A DNA stretch of 49,846 bases, taken from contig CAZYEF010000002.1 of NCBI GenBank assembly GCA_964646375.1, forward strand, positions 1 through 49,846, in the 5' to 3' direction. This DNA comes from an uncultured Nitrospiraceae bacterium (GTDB taxonomy: Bacteria; Nitrospirota; UBA9217). Shown one piece after another: positions 9,312 through 19,565 of this stretch (its first letter is position 1; the number at the start of each line of letters is the position of its first letter). Both the position numbers and the translations under genes were made by a program. The notes below the pieces were generated by a model, which made no database searches, had not been told where the DNA came from, and saw nothing but the letters and a program-made list of their open reading frames with translations.

Positions 9312-10223
9312 TTGGTGAGTCTGCTTGTTGTGGGCACCGTGGCACTTGATTCTGTAAAGACCCCGTTTGGAAACGTGGAGAACGCCTTGGGAGGGTCTGC
9401 GACCTATTTTTCTACGGCTGCCAGTTATTTCGCTGATGTCAGACTCGTCGCCGTTATCGGTGAGGATTTTCCCCGTGAGCACATACAGTTTCTCAAGAGC
9501 AGGGACATCGATATACGGGGTCTCGAGATTCAAAAAGGAGAAACGTTCAAATGGAAAGGGGAATATGGGTATGATCTCAATGAAGCGCATACCCTGGCCA
9601 CTCATTTGAATGTCCTGGCATCGTTCAAACCAACCATTGTGGATGATTACAAAAATTCTGAGATTGTTTTCCTCGCAAATGTGGATCCTGAAATCCAGCT
9701 CGATGTGCTGCGACAGGTGCCAGGGCCGAAGCTGGTGGCGTGCGATACCATGAATTATTGGATTTCGAGCAAGCTGGACGCTCTGAAGCGCACCCTCCAG
9801 AATGTAGATTTGCTGACAATCAACGAATCTGAAATCCGACAGTTATCCGGTGAGTCAAGCCTTGTCAAAGCTGCCAAAAAAGTGCAGGCCATGGGGCCGA
9901 AATCCATCGTTGTTAAACAAGGCAGCTATGGCGCGCTCTTATTCAATGGTCACAGCATATTCAGCGCACCCGCATATCCCCTCGAATCCGTTTTCGACCC
10001 TACCGGCGCCGGAGATTCCTTCGCCGGCGGTTTTATGGGATATCTGGCGAGCACCATGAATTTTTCCGAGGAAAGCATGCGAAAAGCCGTTATTTTCGGC
10101 AGCGTAATGGCGTCGCTTAACGTGGAATCGTTCAGCCTTGACCGGTTGAAAAGCCTCGATTATCAGGAGATTGAAAATAGATATCGGGAATTCAAGAAAT
10201 TGACTCATTTTGAAGACATCTGA
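9312..10223 (+). CDS. PfkB/ribokinase-family sugar or nucleoside kinase
   Basis: The N-terminus is VVGTVALDSV...GGSATY and the C-terminal motif is DPTGAGDSFAGGF. GGAGG precedes the TTG/GTG start region. Confidence 0.85.
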   Translation: MVSLLVVGTVALDSVKTPFGNVENALGGSATYFSTAASYFADVRLVAVIGEDFPREHIQFLKSRDIDIRGLEIQKGETFKWKGEYGYDLNEAHTLATHLNVLASFKPTIVDDYKNSEIVFLANVDPEIQLDVLRQVPGPKLVACDTMNYWISSKLDALKRTLQNVDLLTINESEIRQLSGESSLVKAAKKVQAMGPKSIVVKQGSYGALLFNGHSIFSAPAYPLESVFDPTGAGDSFAGGFMGYLASTMNFSEESMRKAVIFGSVMASLNVESFSLDRLKSLDYQEIENRYREFKKLTHFEDI

Positions 10224-10275
10224 TCGGAAGCCTTTCTACCGTTCACAACTGTTGCCTTGAGAGCCGACCCGGGAT

Positions 10276-11373
10276 ATGTTTGCTATTGATCTGAAAATAA
10301 CCGATCTCCACATGAAGGATAGGGATATCTACAAGATATTCTTTTCCATGAATACACATCAAGTGGCGACTCCAGAAATGATGCTGGAAGACGCGAAGAG
10401 CTATGTTCTTTTTTTCCGGGAGAACAAAACAGATTTATCAGCATATATCGCACTTCATCTTCTGACGACAAACCGGAAGATGTTCTATTCTTATTCCTCC
10501 AATCCGTTCCCTGAGGAGCAGATAACCGAAGTTGAAGAAGAAGCCTTTGCGTTTGCTGAAGGATTGGGCGCGATGCTGGACGATGTTGTTTTTTCAAAAT
10601 TGTCCGATGCAGACCAGAAACGCTGGATAGATGAACAGGATATTTTTTCCAAAACCACGCCGTTCGAAACACAGCCGGTTGCAGAGCCATCTGAGCCAGT
10701 GCAGCCTTCAAGTATGATGGCATCCCAGGCGCTGGAACCATCGCCGCCGGCGCAGCAGCCCCAGCAGCCCCAGCAGCCATCCATGAAACTACAAACAGAC
10801 ACTCTGTTTCAGCCGGCGCAACCTTTGCCCGCAGTTCACCAGACATCAGAACCATCGCCGGTGCCACCGGCACAGGATGTTCAGCAGATAGCCATACAGC
10901 CACGCGTGATCTATGTCTCTCAGCCGGCAGTCCAGCCACAACCACAAAACACTTCAGCACAACTGACTTCGGACTCGCCGCGAGACCTTCAAACACACCA
11001 GTTGCAGCAGGAACCGATACTGGAGGCGGAAATCATTATTCCGCAGCCTCCTCCGTTACAAAAAATTAGAAAAACGCCTTCAACTCCAGCGCCTCAGCAG
11101 CAAGTGCCCACTTCACAGGCACCCAGGGGGGAGACGGGAATGCGTTTACAGGCCCGTCCGGAATCCCGACCGCACCAGGCTGAACCTGCAAAGCAGCGTC
11201 TGCAGCAGCAGGTAAAAATGCCAACGAAGCAACAGCAGGAAATTATGCAGCGCGCTATTAAATCAGGGATTGCAAAACCTCCGTTGCAGGATTTCAGCGC
11301 GGAGGGCAAGACAGAAACAGGTTTGGTGAGCCGCGATCGCGAGGCGCTTGCGCGTCTTCTTACGTCATTCTGA
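10276..11373 (+). CDS. Hypothetical protein: a globular N-terminal ~130 aa followed by a long Pro/Gln-rich low-complexity region
   Basis: It is a long ORF in the same direction as its neighbours. It has no recognisable catalytic motif and no clear SD at any candidate start. Confidence 0.55.
   Translation: MFAIDLKITDLHMKDRDIYKIFFSMNTHQVATPEMMLEDAKSYVLFFRENKTDLSAYIALHLLTTNRKMFYSYSSNPFPEEQITEVEEEAFAFAEGLGAMLDDVVFSKLSDADQKRWIDEQDIFSKTTPFETQPVAEPSEPVQPSSMMASQALEPSPPAQQPQQPQQPSMKLQTDTLFQPAQPLPAVHQTSEPSPVPPAQDVQQIAIQPRVIYVSQPAVQPQPQNTSAQLTSDSPRDLQTHQLQQEPILEAEIIIPQPPPLQKIRKTPSTPAPQQQVPTSQAPRGETGMRLQARPESRPHQAEPAKQRLQQQVKMPTKQQQEIMQRAIKSGIAKPPLQDFSAEGKTETGLVSRDREALARLLTSF
10753..10779 (+). repeat. 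Tandem 9-bp repeat CAGCAGCC(C/A) x3 encoding QQPQQPQQP
   Basis: Read directly: cagcagccc cagcagccc cagcagcca. Confidence 0.9.
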
Positions 11374-11387
11374 AAGGAGTATGCGAG

Positions 11388-12131
11388 ATGAGAGCATTTG
11401 CACTGATTGTTGTTCTGGCACTTGCCGGATGCGTGACCACGGGCGGCAATACCGTGGATAATACGAAAATGGCTGAGGGCTACTATATGAAAGGCCTCGC
11501 TTTTTTCCAGGAAAACAAATACGAACTTGCGGCGGTCGAGTTCCATCGGTCCATCCAGACGGACAGCTCCAATAAATGGTCATACTATTATCTGGGGATC
11601 ATCAGCGATTTTCGGGAAAAGTTCGACGATGCAGTGAATTTCTATAAAGAGGCAATCAGCGTGGATTCGAATTTTTCTGAGGCCTACAATGCACTGGGAA
11701 GAACGTATTCGCAACAGCAAAAATGGCAGGATGCTCTCAAGGCATACAACAAAGCGTTGGACAATAAGCTGTATACCACTCCCCATCTGCCTTATTATAA
11801 TATGGGCCAGGTGTATATGGCACAGAAAGATTACGAAAAGGCAATTGAAGCCTTCCGTGATGCAAAACGAAACTCGAATCAGGATTTCATTATCTATGCG
11901 CTCGGCACGGCCCTGCTGGAATCCGGGAAGACCAAGGAAGCAATCAATGAGTTTTCCGAGGGAGTCAAAGCCGCGCCGAAAAACGCGGGGATGCGATATA
12001 ATCTTGCCCTGGCATATTTGAAGGCGGGCAGGAAAAACCTGGCATTGTCGGAATTCAAAAAGGCCGCGGAGTTTGCTCCCGCGAGCGATATTGCAGCAAA
12101 AGCGAACGATTACATTAAAACCTTGAGGTAA
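11388..12131 (+). CDS. TPR-repeat lipoprotein (PilF/PilW-like)
   Basis: Lipobox is VLALAGC. Multiple TPR units are present (AEGYYMKGLAFFQENKYELA..., AYNALGRTYSQQ..., YNLALAYLKAGR...). It sits directly upstream of rodZ, as pilF/pilW does in some proteobacteria. Confidence 0.8.
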   Translation: MRAFALIVVLALAGCVTTGGNTVDNTKMAEGYYMKGLAFFQENKYELAAVEFHRSIQTDSSNKWSYYYLGIISDFREKFDDAVNFYKEAISVDSNFSEAYNALGRTYSQQQKWQDALKAYNKALDNKLYTTPHLPYYNMGQVYMAQKDYEKAIEAFRDAKRNSNQDFIIYALGTALLESGKTKEAINEFSEGVKAAPKNAGMRYNLALAYLKAGRKNLALSEFKKAAEFAPASDIAAKANDYIKTLR

Positions 12132-12134
12132 CCG

Positions 12135-13088
12135 ATGGAACCGTTGGGAAAATACCTGCGCGAGGCCCGCGAAGCGCAAAGGATTGATTTGCGGGATGCT
12201 GCTCAGCAGACCCGCATCAGCATTCAGTATCTTAAGGCGCTTGAAGATCAGGAATTTTCCAAGCTGCCGGGTGAGGTTTTTGTCAAAGGGTTTCTTAAAA
12301 ATTACGCAAAGTTTCTCCATCTCGACGAATCAGAGGTGATGATTCGTTACAGCGAAACAAAACCTCCGAAACCATCACCGAAGGCGGAAACGGAAGACAT
12401 CAAACAGCAGGAAGAGCCTCAAGCCGTCGTTGAAAAAAAGACGTCTCACAGGAAATCCCTCGAACCGTTTATCTGGGGCGCGGGCATCATACTCGCGCTC
12501 TCCCTGTTCTTCTTTTTCGCGTTGCCGGCACGGCAACAGCGTCAGCCTGGTCCGCAAGGGGTCCTGTCTCAGGGGGCAACAACGGTCCAGGCACCGGCGG
12601 GCAAACCGAGCAAGATCTATCTTGAGGTTGTTGCTCTGGAAAATACGTGGCTTCTGGTAAGAACCGACACCAGCCCCCAAAAGAAAGCGGTACTTCAGAA
12701 AGGGGAAACGCTTACCTGGAGCGCAGACGAACGCTTTCAACTGAGCTACGGCAGCGCTGGAGCGCTCAAGCTGTCGCTCAATGGCCGTGAACTACTGATG
12801 AACGAGCCAAAAAACACGGTAGTACGGGATCTGACTATTACAGCTGCCGGTATTGTTACCAAAAAAACACCCGCAGAATTTGCAAAGCCGAAAAAACCGA
12901 AACAAGACCAAGGAACAGGAACCCTTCAGGATCAATCCGCAGCCCGGCAACCGGCTGCGCAACAACAGTTACTTCAGCGAAAGCCGGACCAGGCACAACG
13001 GCGTCCCCAAGTGTCTTCTCAGCAATCCGGCACGGCACCGAAAGTCAAACCGGTCACTCCACAGTCTTTGCCAACCTCGACACATTAA
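12135..13088 (+). CDS. rodZ: RodZ-like cytoskeleton protein (HTH + TM + DUF4115-like C-domain)
   Basis: The N-terminal HTH is LGKYLREAREAQRIDLRDAAQQTRISIQYLKALE. It has a single TM (FIWGAGIILALSLFFFFAL) and a C-terminal beta-rich block (WLLVRTD...LSYGSAGALKLSLNGREL). Confidence 0.8.
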   Translation: MEPLGKYLREAREAQRIDLRDAAQQTRISIQYLKALEDQEFSKLPGEVFVKGFLKNYAKFLHLDESEVMIRYSETKPPKPSPKAETEDIKQQEEPQAVVEKKTSHRKSLEPFIWGAGIILALSLFFFFALPARQQRQPGPQGVLSQGATTVQAPAGKPSKIYLEVVALENTWLLVRTDTSPQKKAVLQKGETLTWSADERFQLSYGSAGALKLSLNGRELLMNEPKNTVVRDLTITAAGIVTKKTPAEFAKPKKPKQDQGTGTLQDQSAARQPAAQQQLLQRKPDQAQRRPQVSSQQSGTAPKVKPVTPQSLPTSTH

Positions 13089-13540
13089 CAGTCTGCTTGT
13101 TTCCTCTGCAGGAAGGTCATTCGTTGTATGTGAGTGCCATTCCAGTATATTTTTTTGCAGCGGCTGCAGCGTAAAAATTTTTTATTTCGTTCATAAATAA
13201 ACGGGGGAACACTGTCTTGCACGCTCTTTTTTGTAATCTTGATAAGCGGCTGATTGCAAAGGGAACAGCGTGTCAAAGGAACCGAGGATTTCGAAAGGGA
13301 AAAATCAGCAAGCACTTGCTCAAGCTGCACGGCCGTTTTTTCGGATTTGATGTAACAGTGGTTTGTCGCCAGGGGGCGCCGCACGAGTGCAGTATCCCGC
13401 GTCAGGATTACGCGCTGCTGTTCCAGCGAAAGATGAATAATGTCATCATCTTTGAATGCGGGACTATACAGGACATCGAATCCAAGCAGGCGCAGCCGGC
13501 GCGCGAGCCTGCCCAGCATAACATCAGCGACAAATTTCAT
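13085..13540 (-). CDS. Mut7-C/DUF82 PIN-like RNase-domain protein with a C-terminal zinc ribbon
   Basis: MKFVADVMLGRLARRLRLLGFDVLY... plus CSLCN...CSRCKKIYW. Confidence 0.8.
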   Translation of the reverse strand: MKFVADVMLGRLARRLRLLGFDVLYSPAFKDDDIIHLSLEQQRVILTRDTALVRRPLATNHCYIKSEKTAVQLEQVLADFSLSKSSVPLTRCSLCNQPLIKITKKSVQDSVPPFIYERNKKFLRCSRCKKIYWNGTHIQRMTFLQRKQADC

Positions 13541-13635
13541 ATCGGTCTGGCCGTGAGATGCATGGCATGATACCGGAATGGACTCCTGATCTTCATTTGA
13601 TATCGGGCATTGCCTGTGCTTTTACAGACGCGGGT

Positions 13636-16077
13636 TCATGAAAATTTTTTTAACCGCAGCGAGTTCGACACCACACTGATTGAACTGAAGGCCATAGCAA
13701 GCGAGGCCAACATGGGATTTAAAAGACCTTTGGGGCCCAAAAAAGGAAAGAGCACTCCAGCGGCGAGGGGAATGCCGAGCGTATTGTAGAAGAATGCCCA
13801 GAACAGGTTCATCTTGATTGTGCTCACTGTGTGTTTTGAAAGGCGCAGGGCGGTTGCAACTGTGCGGAGATCATCCTTGATCAGGGTGATGTCCGAGGCC
13901 TCAATGGCCACATCCGTCCCGGTGCCGATGGCTATTCCCACATCAGCCTGTGTCAGGGCCGGGGCATCATTGATGCCATCGCCGACCATGGCCACAACGC
14001 GGCCTTCCGCTTGCAGCTTTTTAATCAGGTCCATTTTGTCGCGCGGGAGCACTTCTGCCAGCACGTGGGTGATGCCGAGGGCGTCCGCAATGCAGCCGGC
14101 AGTGCTGCGGTTGTCGCCTGTCAGCATGACGACATCAAGACCAAGCCGTTTCAGTTCATGTACGGCCTCTTGTGAGTGCTCTTTCACGGTGTCAGCGACA
14201 GCGATGACGCCCGCGGCCTGATTGTCAACAGCGACGAAAATAGGGGTTTTGCCGGAAGAGGAAAATTCTTTAGCTGTCTCTGTTAATGATTTCAACGGGA
14301 TGCCTTTCTGGATCATTAACTGGTCATTGCCCAGAAGGATTTCTTTGCCATTCACCCGGGCATGGACACCATAGCCCGGCAAGGCATCAAACGCATCAGG
14401 GCGTTCTACCGAAATTTTTTTTTCATCTGCTGCGCGTAGTATGGCATTTCCCAGAGGATGTTCAGAGCTTTTTTCCGCTGATGCGGCAAAAAAGAGGATC
14501 ATTTCCCCGCTCATCCCCCTTCCGATGATGTCGGTAACCATCGGTTCTCCACGCGTGAGCGTCCCTGTCTTGTCAAGCACGATTGTATCTATCTTCCCCG
14601 CCGTTTCCAGGCTTTCTGCGTTTTTAAATAAGATTCCGAGCTCTGCACCCTTGCCGGTTCCTACCATGATAGCCGTGGGCGTGGCAAGTCCCATTGCACA
14701 TGGACAGGCAATGATGAGTACGGCGATGAAATTGAGAAGTGCAAAGGTGATGCGCGTGTCCGGCGGTCCAAAAACGTACCAGAGAATCCCTGTGGCCAAG
14801 GCGACTGCGATAACAATGGGGACGAAAAAACCTGAAATAGAATCAGCCAGACGCTGGATGGGGGCTTTGGAACCCTGCGCTTCCTGAACCATCCGGATGA
14901 TCTGCGCAAGCATCGTGTCCCTGCCGATTTTTGTTGCTTCGAAAATAAAAGAACCGGTTTTATTCAATGTTGCACCGATGACAGTGTCTCCTTCCTTTTT
15001 ATCCACGGGAAGGCTCTCACCGGTGAGCATGGATTCATCCACAGCGGAGGTCCCATTTCGAACAATACCATCCACGGGAATCCGTTCACCCGGCCGCACA
15101 ATGATGCGATCGCCAAATTCCACTTCATCAATAGGGATATCAACCTCGTTGCCTTCCCGGACAACCCGCGCAGTGCGCGGACTGAGTTTCATGAGCTTCT
15201 TGACAGCCTCGCCTGCACGAGTTTTCGCCCGTGTCTCCAGATATCTGCCGAACAATATCAGAGTGATGATAATCGCAGCGGTGTCGAAATATGCACCGCT
15301 GTGCGTTTCACCGTGCCTCGATAGCGACGGAAATATTGTGAGTGCAGCACTGTAGCCGTAGGCAGCGGTGGTACCTATGACAACGAGGGTGTTCATGTTC
15401 AAACTGCCGTGTTTGATTGAGGTCCACGCGTTCTGATAAAAATGGCGTCCTGCCCAGAATTGCACCGGTGTTGTTAAGACAAGAAGAATGATCCACATGG
15501 TCTGGCGGGGAAGAATTGCAAAGAATGGAATCATGTCCTGAAAACTTCCGATCAGAACCAACGTCGAAAGGACAACGCTTAGAATGAGCTTCGAGCGCAG
15601 TGATGACAATTCTTTTTCCCGCGCGATTTTATCCGCATCGTGTTCGACAATACCTTGACTCTGTTGAGGAAGAAAAAAACCTGCCCGCTCCGCAGCCTTG
15701 CGGATGTCTCGCAGGCTGATTTGACCAGGAAAGTATTGTATCACGGCCGTTCCGGTTGTGGTGTTCACTGAGGCTTTTATAACTCCTTCCAGAGCAGTTA
15801 TGAGCTGTTCAAGTTCCTGTGCACGGGAGGCGTCAAGATCGGTGATCTGCACAGCAACTGTTTCTATCACGGCCTGATACCCCAGGTCGCTGATGCCGGT
15901 CAGGAAGCTTTCCGATTTGACGGAGTCAGGATCGAACTCCACGACTGCTTTTTCATTTGCGTAATTGACGTTTACTGCATGTACGCCCGGAATTTTTGCG
16001 ATGTTTTTCTGGATTGCTGCGGCGCAATTGACGCAACTCATGCCTCGTATCGGGATGACGGCTTTTTTCGTTTTCAT
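13636..16077 (-). CDS. copA: Copper-translocating P1B-type ATPase
   Basis: The N-terminal HMA has [11 protein letters not shown]. The TM6 motif is [10 protein letters not shown]. The phosphorylation site is DKTGTLT, with TGD and GDGINDAP also present. Confidence 0.95.
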   Translation of the reverse strand: MKTKKAVIPIRGMSCVNCAAAIQKNIAKIPGVHAVNVNYANEKAVVEFDPDSVKSESFLTGISDLGYQAVIETVAVQITDLDASRAQELEQLITALEGVIKASVNTTTGTAVIQYFPGQISLRDIRKAAERAGFFLPQQSQGIVEHDADKIAREKELSSLRSKLILSVVLSTLVLIGSFQDMIPFFAILPRQTMWIILLVLTTPVQFWAGRHFYQNAWTSIKHGSLNMNTLVVIGTTAAYGYSAALTIFPSLSRHGETHSGAYFDTAAIIITLILFGRYLETRAKTRAGEAVKKLMKLSPRTARVVREGNEVDIPIDEVEFGDRIIVRPGERIPVDGIVRNGTSAVDESMLTGESLPVDKKEGDTVIGATLNKTGSFIFEATKIGRDTMLAQIIRMVQEAQGSKAPIQRLADSISGFFVPIVIAVALATGILWYVFGPPDTRITFALLNFIAVLIIACPCAMGLATPTAIMVGTGKGAELGILFKNAESLETAGKIDTIVLDKTGTLTRGEPMVTDIIGRGMSGEMILFFAASAEKSSEHPLGNAILRAADEKKISVERPDAFDALPGYGVHARVNGKEILLGNDQLMIQKGIPLKSLTETAKEFSSSGKTPIFVAVDNQAAGVIAVADTVKEHSQEAVHELKRLGLDVVMLTGDNRSTAGCIADALGITHVLAEVLPRDKMDLIKKLQAEGRVVAMVGDGINDAPALTQADVGIAIGTGTDVAIEASDITLIKDDLRTVATALRLSKHTVSTIKMNLFWAFFYNTLGIPLAAGVLFPFLGPKGLLNPMLASLAMAFSSISVVSNSLRLKKFS

Positions 16078-16212
16078 AGTTATATTTTAGCACACGCGGG
16101 TTAAGGAAGAAGTGAGTGCGGAAGTGCAGCGAACGCCGCAGCTTGAGAATATCAAAATTCAAAAGCGCATGGTGCCCGATTTCTCCTGCATGTGTGCGGG
16201 AGGAATCGGAGC

Positions 16213-17295
16213 TTACGGCCTGTGATAAAAAGGCGTTGTCACTATTTTGGCTGCGACCTCATGGTCCCGGACTTCTATTTCTATTTCCTGGCCTGGTTGA
16301 GCATACCGGGTCACGACATAGCCGAGGCCGATGCCTTTCCGAACCCGGGGCGACTGGCCGCAGCTGGTTACTGTGCCGATCTCGCGGTTTTCAGAGAAAA
16401 TGCTGCCACCGTTTTTGGGCAGTCCTTTGTCAAGCAGTTCGAATCCGACAAGCCTTTCCTTGTTTTTTCCAGCATCCATTTTGAGCAGCGCATCCTTGCC
16501 GATAAAATCCTTTTTGAAGTCGATATATGACGCAAGGCCTGCTTCGAGCGGCGTGCGCGTTTCGTCAATATCGTTGCCGTACTGCAGATATCCCATTTCC
16601 AAACGCAGGGTATCTCTGCTTGAAAACCCGCATGGCAAAAGGCCTGTGCCGCTTCCCGCGGCCATGATGGCGTCCCAGAAGAGTTCAGCGCGGTCAGCGG
16701 GGATGAACAATTCATAGCCATGTTCACCGGTATAGCTGGCCCGGGATACGATTACAGTCGTGTCTAAAACAATCAGCTCCTGCGCCGTTTTTGGTTTGAA
16801 TTTTTTTATATGCTGTGGTGCTGCAAGATTTTCGAATATATGCCCTGATTGGGGTCCCTGAAGGGCAAGGTGCGCCATATTCTGCGTTCTTTCGGCAATG
16901 GTGACATCATCTCCTGCATGTTTTTTCAGCCACGCAAGCACTTTTTCGGCGCTGACGGGGTTTGTCGTGATCAGGTAGCGGTTCCCCGGCAGGTGAAGGA
17001 TGAGTGCGTCGCTGATAATGCCTCCCTGCTCGTTGCAAATCAGGCCATAGCAGAAAACACCTTCGGCTATTTTCGAGATGTTGCGGGCAACGATGGTATT
17101 CAGCAACCGGGAGGCATGCGCACCGCCCACCTCGATTCTGCCGAGAAAGCCGACATCAAAAAGGCCAGCAGCGGTTCGGACCGCATGATACTCGTTTTGG
17201 GAATCGGAGAATTGAAGCGGGATCTGCCATCCCTGGAAGTCGATCATTTTTGCATTTAACTGCAGATGCTTTTGATGGAGAACAGTGTGTTTCAT
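16213..17295 (-). CDS. gcvT: Aminomethyltransferase (glycine cleavage T protein)
   Basis: HLQLNAKMIDFQGWQIPLQF, AVRTAAGLFDVGFLGRIEV, ALQGP and SYTGEHGYELF are typical GcvT blocks. Confidence 0.88.
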   Translation of the reverse strand: MKHTVLHQKHLQLNAKMIDFQGWQIPLQFSDSQNEYHAVRTAAGLFDVGFLGRIEVGGAHASRLLNTIVARNISKIAEGVFCYGLICNEQGGIISDALILHLPGNRYLITTNPVSAEKVLAWLKKHAGDDVTIAERTQNMAHLALQGPQSGHIFENLAAPQHIKKFKPKTAQELIVLDTTVIVSRASYTGEHGYELFIPADRAELFWDAIMAAGSGTGLLPCGFSSRDTLRLEMGYLQYGNDIDETRTPLEAGLASYIDFKKDFIGKDALLKMDAGKNKERLVGFELLDKGLPKNGGSIFSENREIGTVTSCGQSPRVRKGIGLGYVVTRYAQPGQEIEIEVRDHEVAAKIVTTPFYHRP

Positions 17296-17376
17296 GTAGC
17301 CCTCCTCAGGTATGCATAGTATCCAGTCCTCTGAGCGGAGAATGCACAGAACTTCGTAAAGAGCGGCAGTGTGCTG

Positions 17377-18438
17377 CTATTTTATTCTCAGTTTTTCCGG
17401 GTCGGTCTTCCCGTCGGCAAGTTTGCGGATGTCCTTTGGTTGGAAAGCGCCTTTTTCAGTTATGATGGCTGTAATGTAACGGGCCGGAGTGACATCAAAT
17501 GCCGGATTCAGTACTGTCACGCCATCAGGTGCTATTTGGACCTTGCCGAAAATATGGGTAACTTCACGAGGATCACGCTCCTCGATGGGGATCAATGAGC
17601 CTGATTCAAGATTGAAATCCATTGTTGCAAAGGGGGCCGCCACATAGAATGGAATCCCGTGCTCCTTGCAAAGCACCGCAAGGCTGTAGGTGCCAATCTT
17701 GTTCGCGACATCACCGTTGCGTGCAATGCGGTCGGCCCCCACGATGGCGAGGTCGACCATGTCGCGGAACATAAAGTAACCTGCCATATTGTCGGTAATC
17801 AGTGTGCAGGGGATTTTTTCCTGCATGAGTTCCCATGCGGTCAGGCGCGCGCCCTGCAGCACCGGGCGTGTTTCATCCACGAAAACGTGAACTTTTTTCC
17901 CTTCAGATGAAGCCGTCCGCATCACGCCGAGGGCTGTTCCATAACCGGCCGTTGCAATGGATCCTGCATTGCAGTGGGTGATGATATTATCTCCGTCCGA
18001 GACAAATATGGAGCCATAGCCTCCGATCAGTTTATTCGTTTCGATATCCTCGTCCAGCATGCGCTGTGATTCCTGAACAATGACATCCCGCAGCGCGTCC
18101 AGGTCCTTGTCTCGATTATCCTGTACCACACGTTTTATCCGTTCGATTGCCCAGAAGAGGTTTACCGCGGTCGGTCTTGTGGCCGCCATGACGGCGCATA
18201 TTTCCTCAAATTTTGTCCAGAATGCATCAAAAGTATCAGCCGATATTTGTCTTGCGCCGAGCGCCAGACCCATTGCTGCCGATATTCCGATTGCCGGTGC
18301 GCCGCGGACCCAGAGTTCCTTGATTCCTCGGGCTACTGTCTGGTAGTCCCTGCATTCAATATGGATGGTTTCGAGGGGCAGTTTTGATTGGTCCAGCATC
18401 CGCACGATACCGTCTTTCCATTCTATGGTCGGGATCAT
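17377..18438 (-). CDS. mtnA: S-methyl-5-thioribose-1-phosphate isomerase
   Basis: eIF-2B-like fold motifs are [47 protein letters not shown] and VGADRIA.NGD.ANKIGTY. Confidence 0.9.
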   Translation of the reverse strand: MIPTIEWKDGIVRMLDQSKLPLETIHIECRDYQTVARGIKELWVRGAPAIGISAAMGLALGARQISADTFDAFWTKFEEICAVMAATRPTAVNLFWAIERIKRVVQDNRDKDLDALRDVIVQESQRMLDEDIETNKLIGGYGSIFVSDGDNIITHCNAGSIATAGYGTALGVMRTASSEGKKVHVFVDETRPVLQGARLTAWELMQEKIPCTLITDNMAGYFMFRDMVDLAIVGADRIARNGDVANKIGTYSLAVLCKEHGIPFYVAAPFATMDFNLESGSLIPIEERDPREVTHIFGKVQIAPDGVTVLNPAFDVTPARYITAIITEKGAFQPKDIRKLADGKTDPEKLRIK

Positions 18439-18489
18439 TCAAATCTCCTTCTGTTGGTTTGGCAGGGCTGCTACCGTATAGCTTAACTA

Positions 18490-18518
18490 ACTATAGAGGA
18501 ATATGAGAGAATTGTCAA
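18490..18518 (-). promoter_or_regulatory. Sigma70-like promoter for mtnA
   Basis: On the minus strand: TTGACA (18518-18513), a 17-nt spacer, then TATAGT (18495-18490). It lies about 50 nt upstream of the mtnA ATG. Confidence 0.5.
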
Positions 18519-18573
18519 AAAGAATCTGAAACCAGTACGCAGGAAGTGGTGATAGTTCCGGTGAGCGGGGGGC

Positions 18574-19551
18574 TTATCTGCCGGGACATTGCTGGAGCGA
18601 GAGGGTGCCGCTTCGTCCGTCAATAGTTCCCTGAATCAGGTCGCAGACAGGAACATGAGAAGGATTATCGTGCAGACGGCGAGCCCAGGCCTCCAGAGTA
18701 ACGACCTGAACAGTCTTCTGTTTTATGGCTTCCAGGAGGATGCGAAAGAGGGGCATTTTGCTCATACCTTCTATTTCTGCATGAATGGTAAAGACGTTCA
18801 GTGTACCCGGTCGAAGCAGAGAGAGATAATGGCCGACGATGCGCTCTTCGGGATATTCAGGGCGGCCGAGCAGTTCATCCAGAGTAGGGAGGGTAGACGG
18901 TATCTGAACGGTCTTGTAGACTGTGCTGCCTATACGGGGATAGAAGGGATGGGAACCCCGCGCATCGCTGGCATACAGAAGACCGGCATCATCATAAGCC
19001 GCAAGGCTGAAGCTGTTTGCCTGCCAGCCTGCCGCACCTGCGGTCGTGGACGGTCTGTTGAAGATGCGTTCGAATTCCCGCCGTGCCTTGCCGAATTCCT
19101 CGTATATTTCATTCCTGGACATTTTCGCAAGTCCATCCTGCCAGCGTATATGGTCGTAACAGTGAATTCCGACTTCGTGGCCGAGGTCGCGTGTTTTCCT
19201 CATAATAGCTTCATTGCGTCTTCCAACATGAGGACCGGGAAGGAGAACGCCATTCAGGAGGGTTCGGATGCCGTACGCGGAGACGACACTGGTTCGGCTT
19301 ACTTTTTTCAAAAATCCGGGTCGGAAAACGCGTTTTATAGCCCGGCCGGTATTATCCGGGCCGAGGGAAAAAAGGAATGTTGCTTTAATTGAAAATTTTT
19401 CAAAGAGGGTAAGAAGATTGGGGACACCGATGCGCGTACCGCGATCGGTGTCGACGTCGATTTTTATGGCGAGGATGGGCTTATCCGTATCCATTGCATT
19501 CGTTTTGCACTGGAGGCCTGAACGATAGTCCGTTTGCTGCGAACCAGGCAT
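18574..19551 (-). CDS. arnD: 4-deoxy-4-formamido-L-arabinose-phosphoundecaprenol deformylase (polysaccharide deacetylase family)
   Basis: IKIDVDTDRGTRIGVPNLLTLF...ATFLFSLGPDNTGRA parallels the E. coli ArnD N-terminus. An alternative start is the ATG at 19494 (MDTDKPILAIKIDVDT). Confidence 0.88.
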   Translation of the reverse strand: MPGSQQTDYRSGLQCKTNAMDTDKPILAIKIDVDTDRGTRIGVPNLLTLFEKFSIKATFLFSLGPDNTGRAIKRVFRPGFLKKVSRTSVVSAYGIRTLLNGVLLPGPHVGRRNEAIMRKTRDLGHEVGIHCYDHIRWQDGLAKMSRNEIYEEFGKARREFERIFNRPSTTAGAAGWQANSFSLAAYDDAGLLYASDARGSHPFYPRIGSTVYKTVQIPSTLPTLDELLGRPEYPEERIVGHYLSLLRPGTLNVFTIHAEIEGMSKMPLFRILLEAIKQKTVQVVTLEAWARRLHDNPSHVPVCDLIQGTIDGRSGTLSLQQCPGR

Positions 19552-19565
19552 GATTCCGGCGTCTG

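Noticed and set aside
10283-10996. 237-aa minus-strand ORF (and the nested 10491..10802) in the Pro/Gln-rich region
   Set aside because: The low-complexity CAG/CCG-rich coding sequence keeps the complementary frames open by composition alone. The Ala/Gly/Trp-rich product has no start signal.
11580-12320. 246-aa minus-strand ORF antisense to the TPR lipoprotein and rodZ genes
   Set aside because: It spans a gene junction of two supported plus-strand genes and has no motif. It is a shadow ORF.
13085-13088. 4-nt convergent overlap of the rodZ and Mut7-C stop codons (TTAA)
   Set aside because: This is a trivial consequence of palindromic TTAA stops and carries no functional implication.
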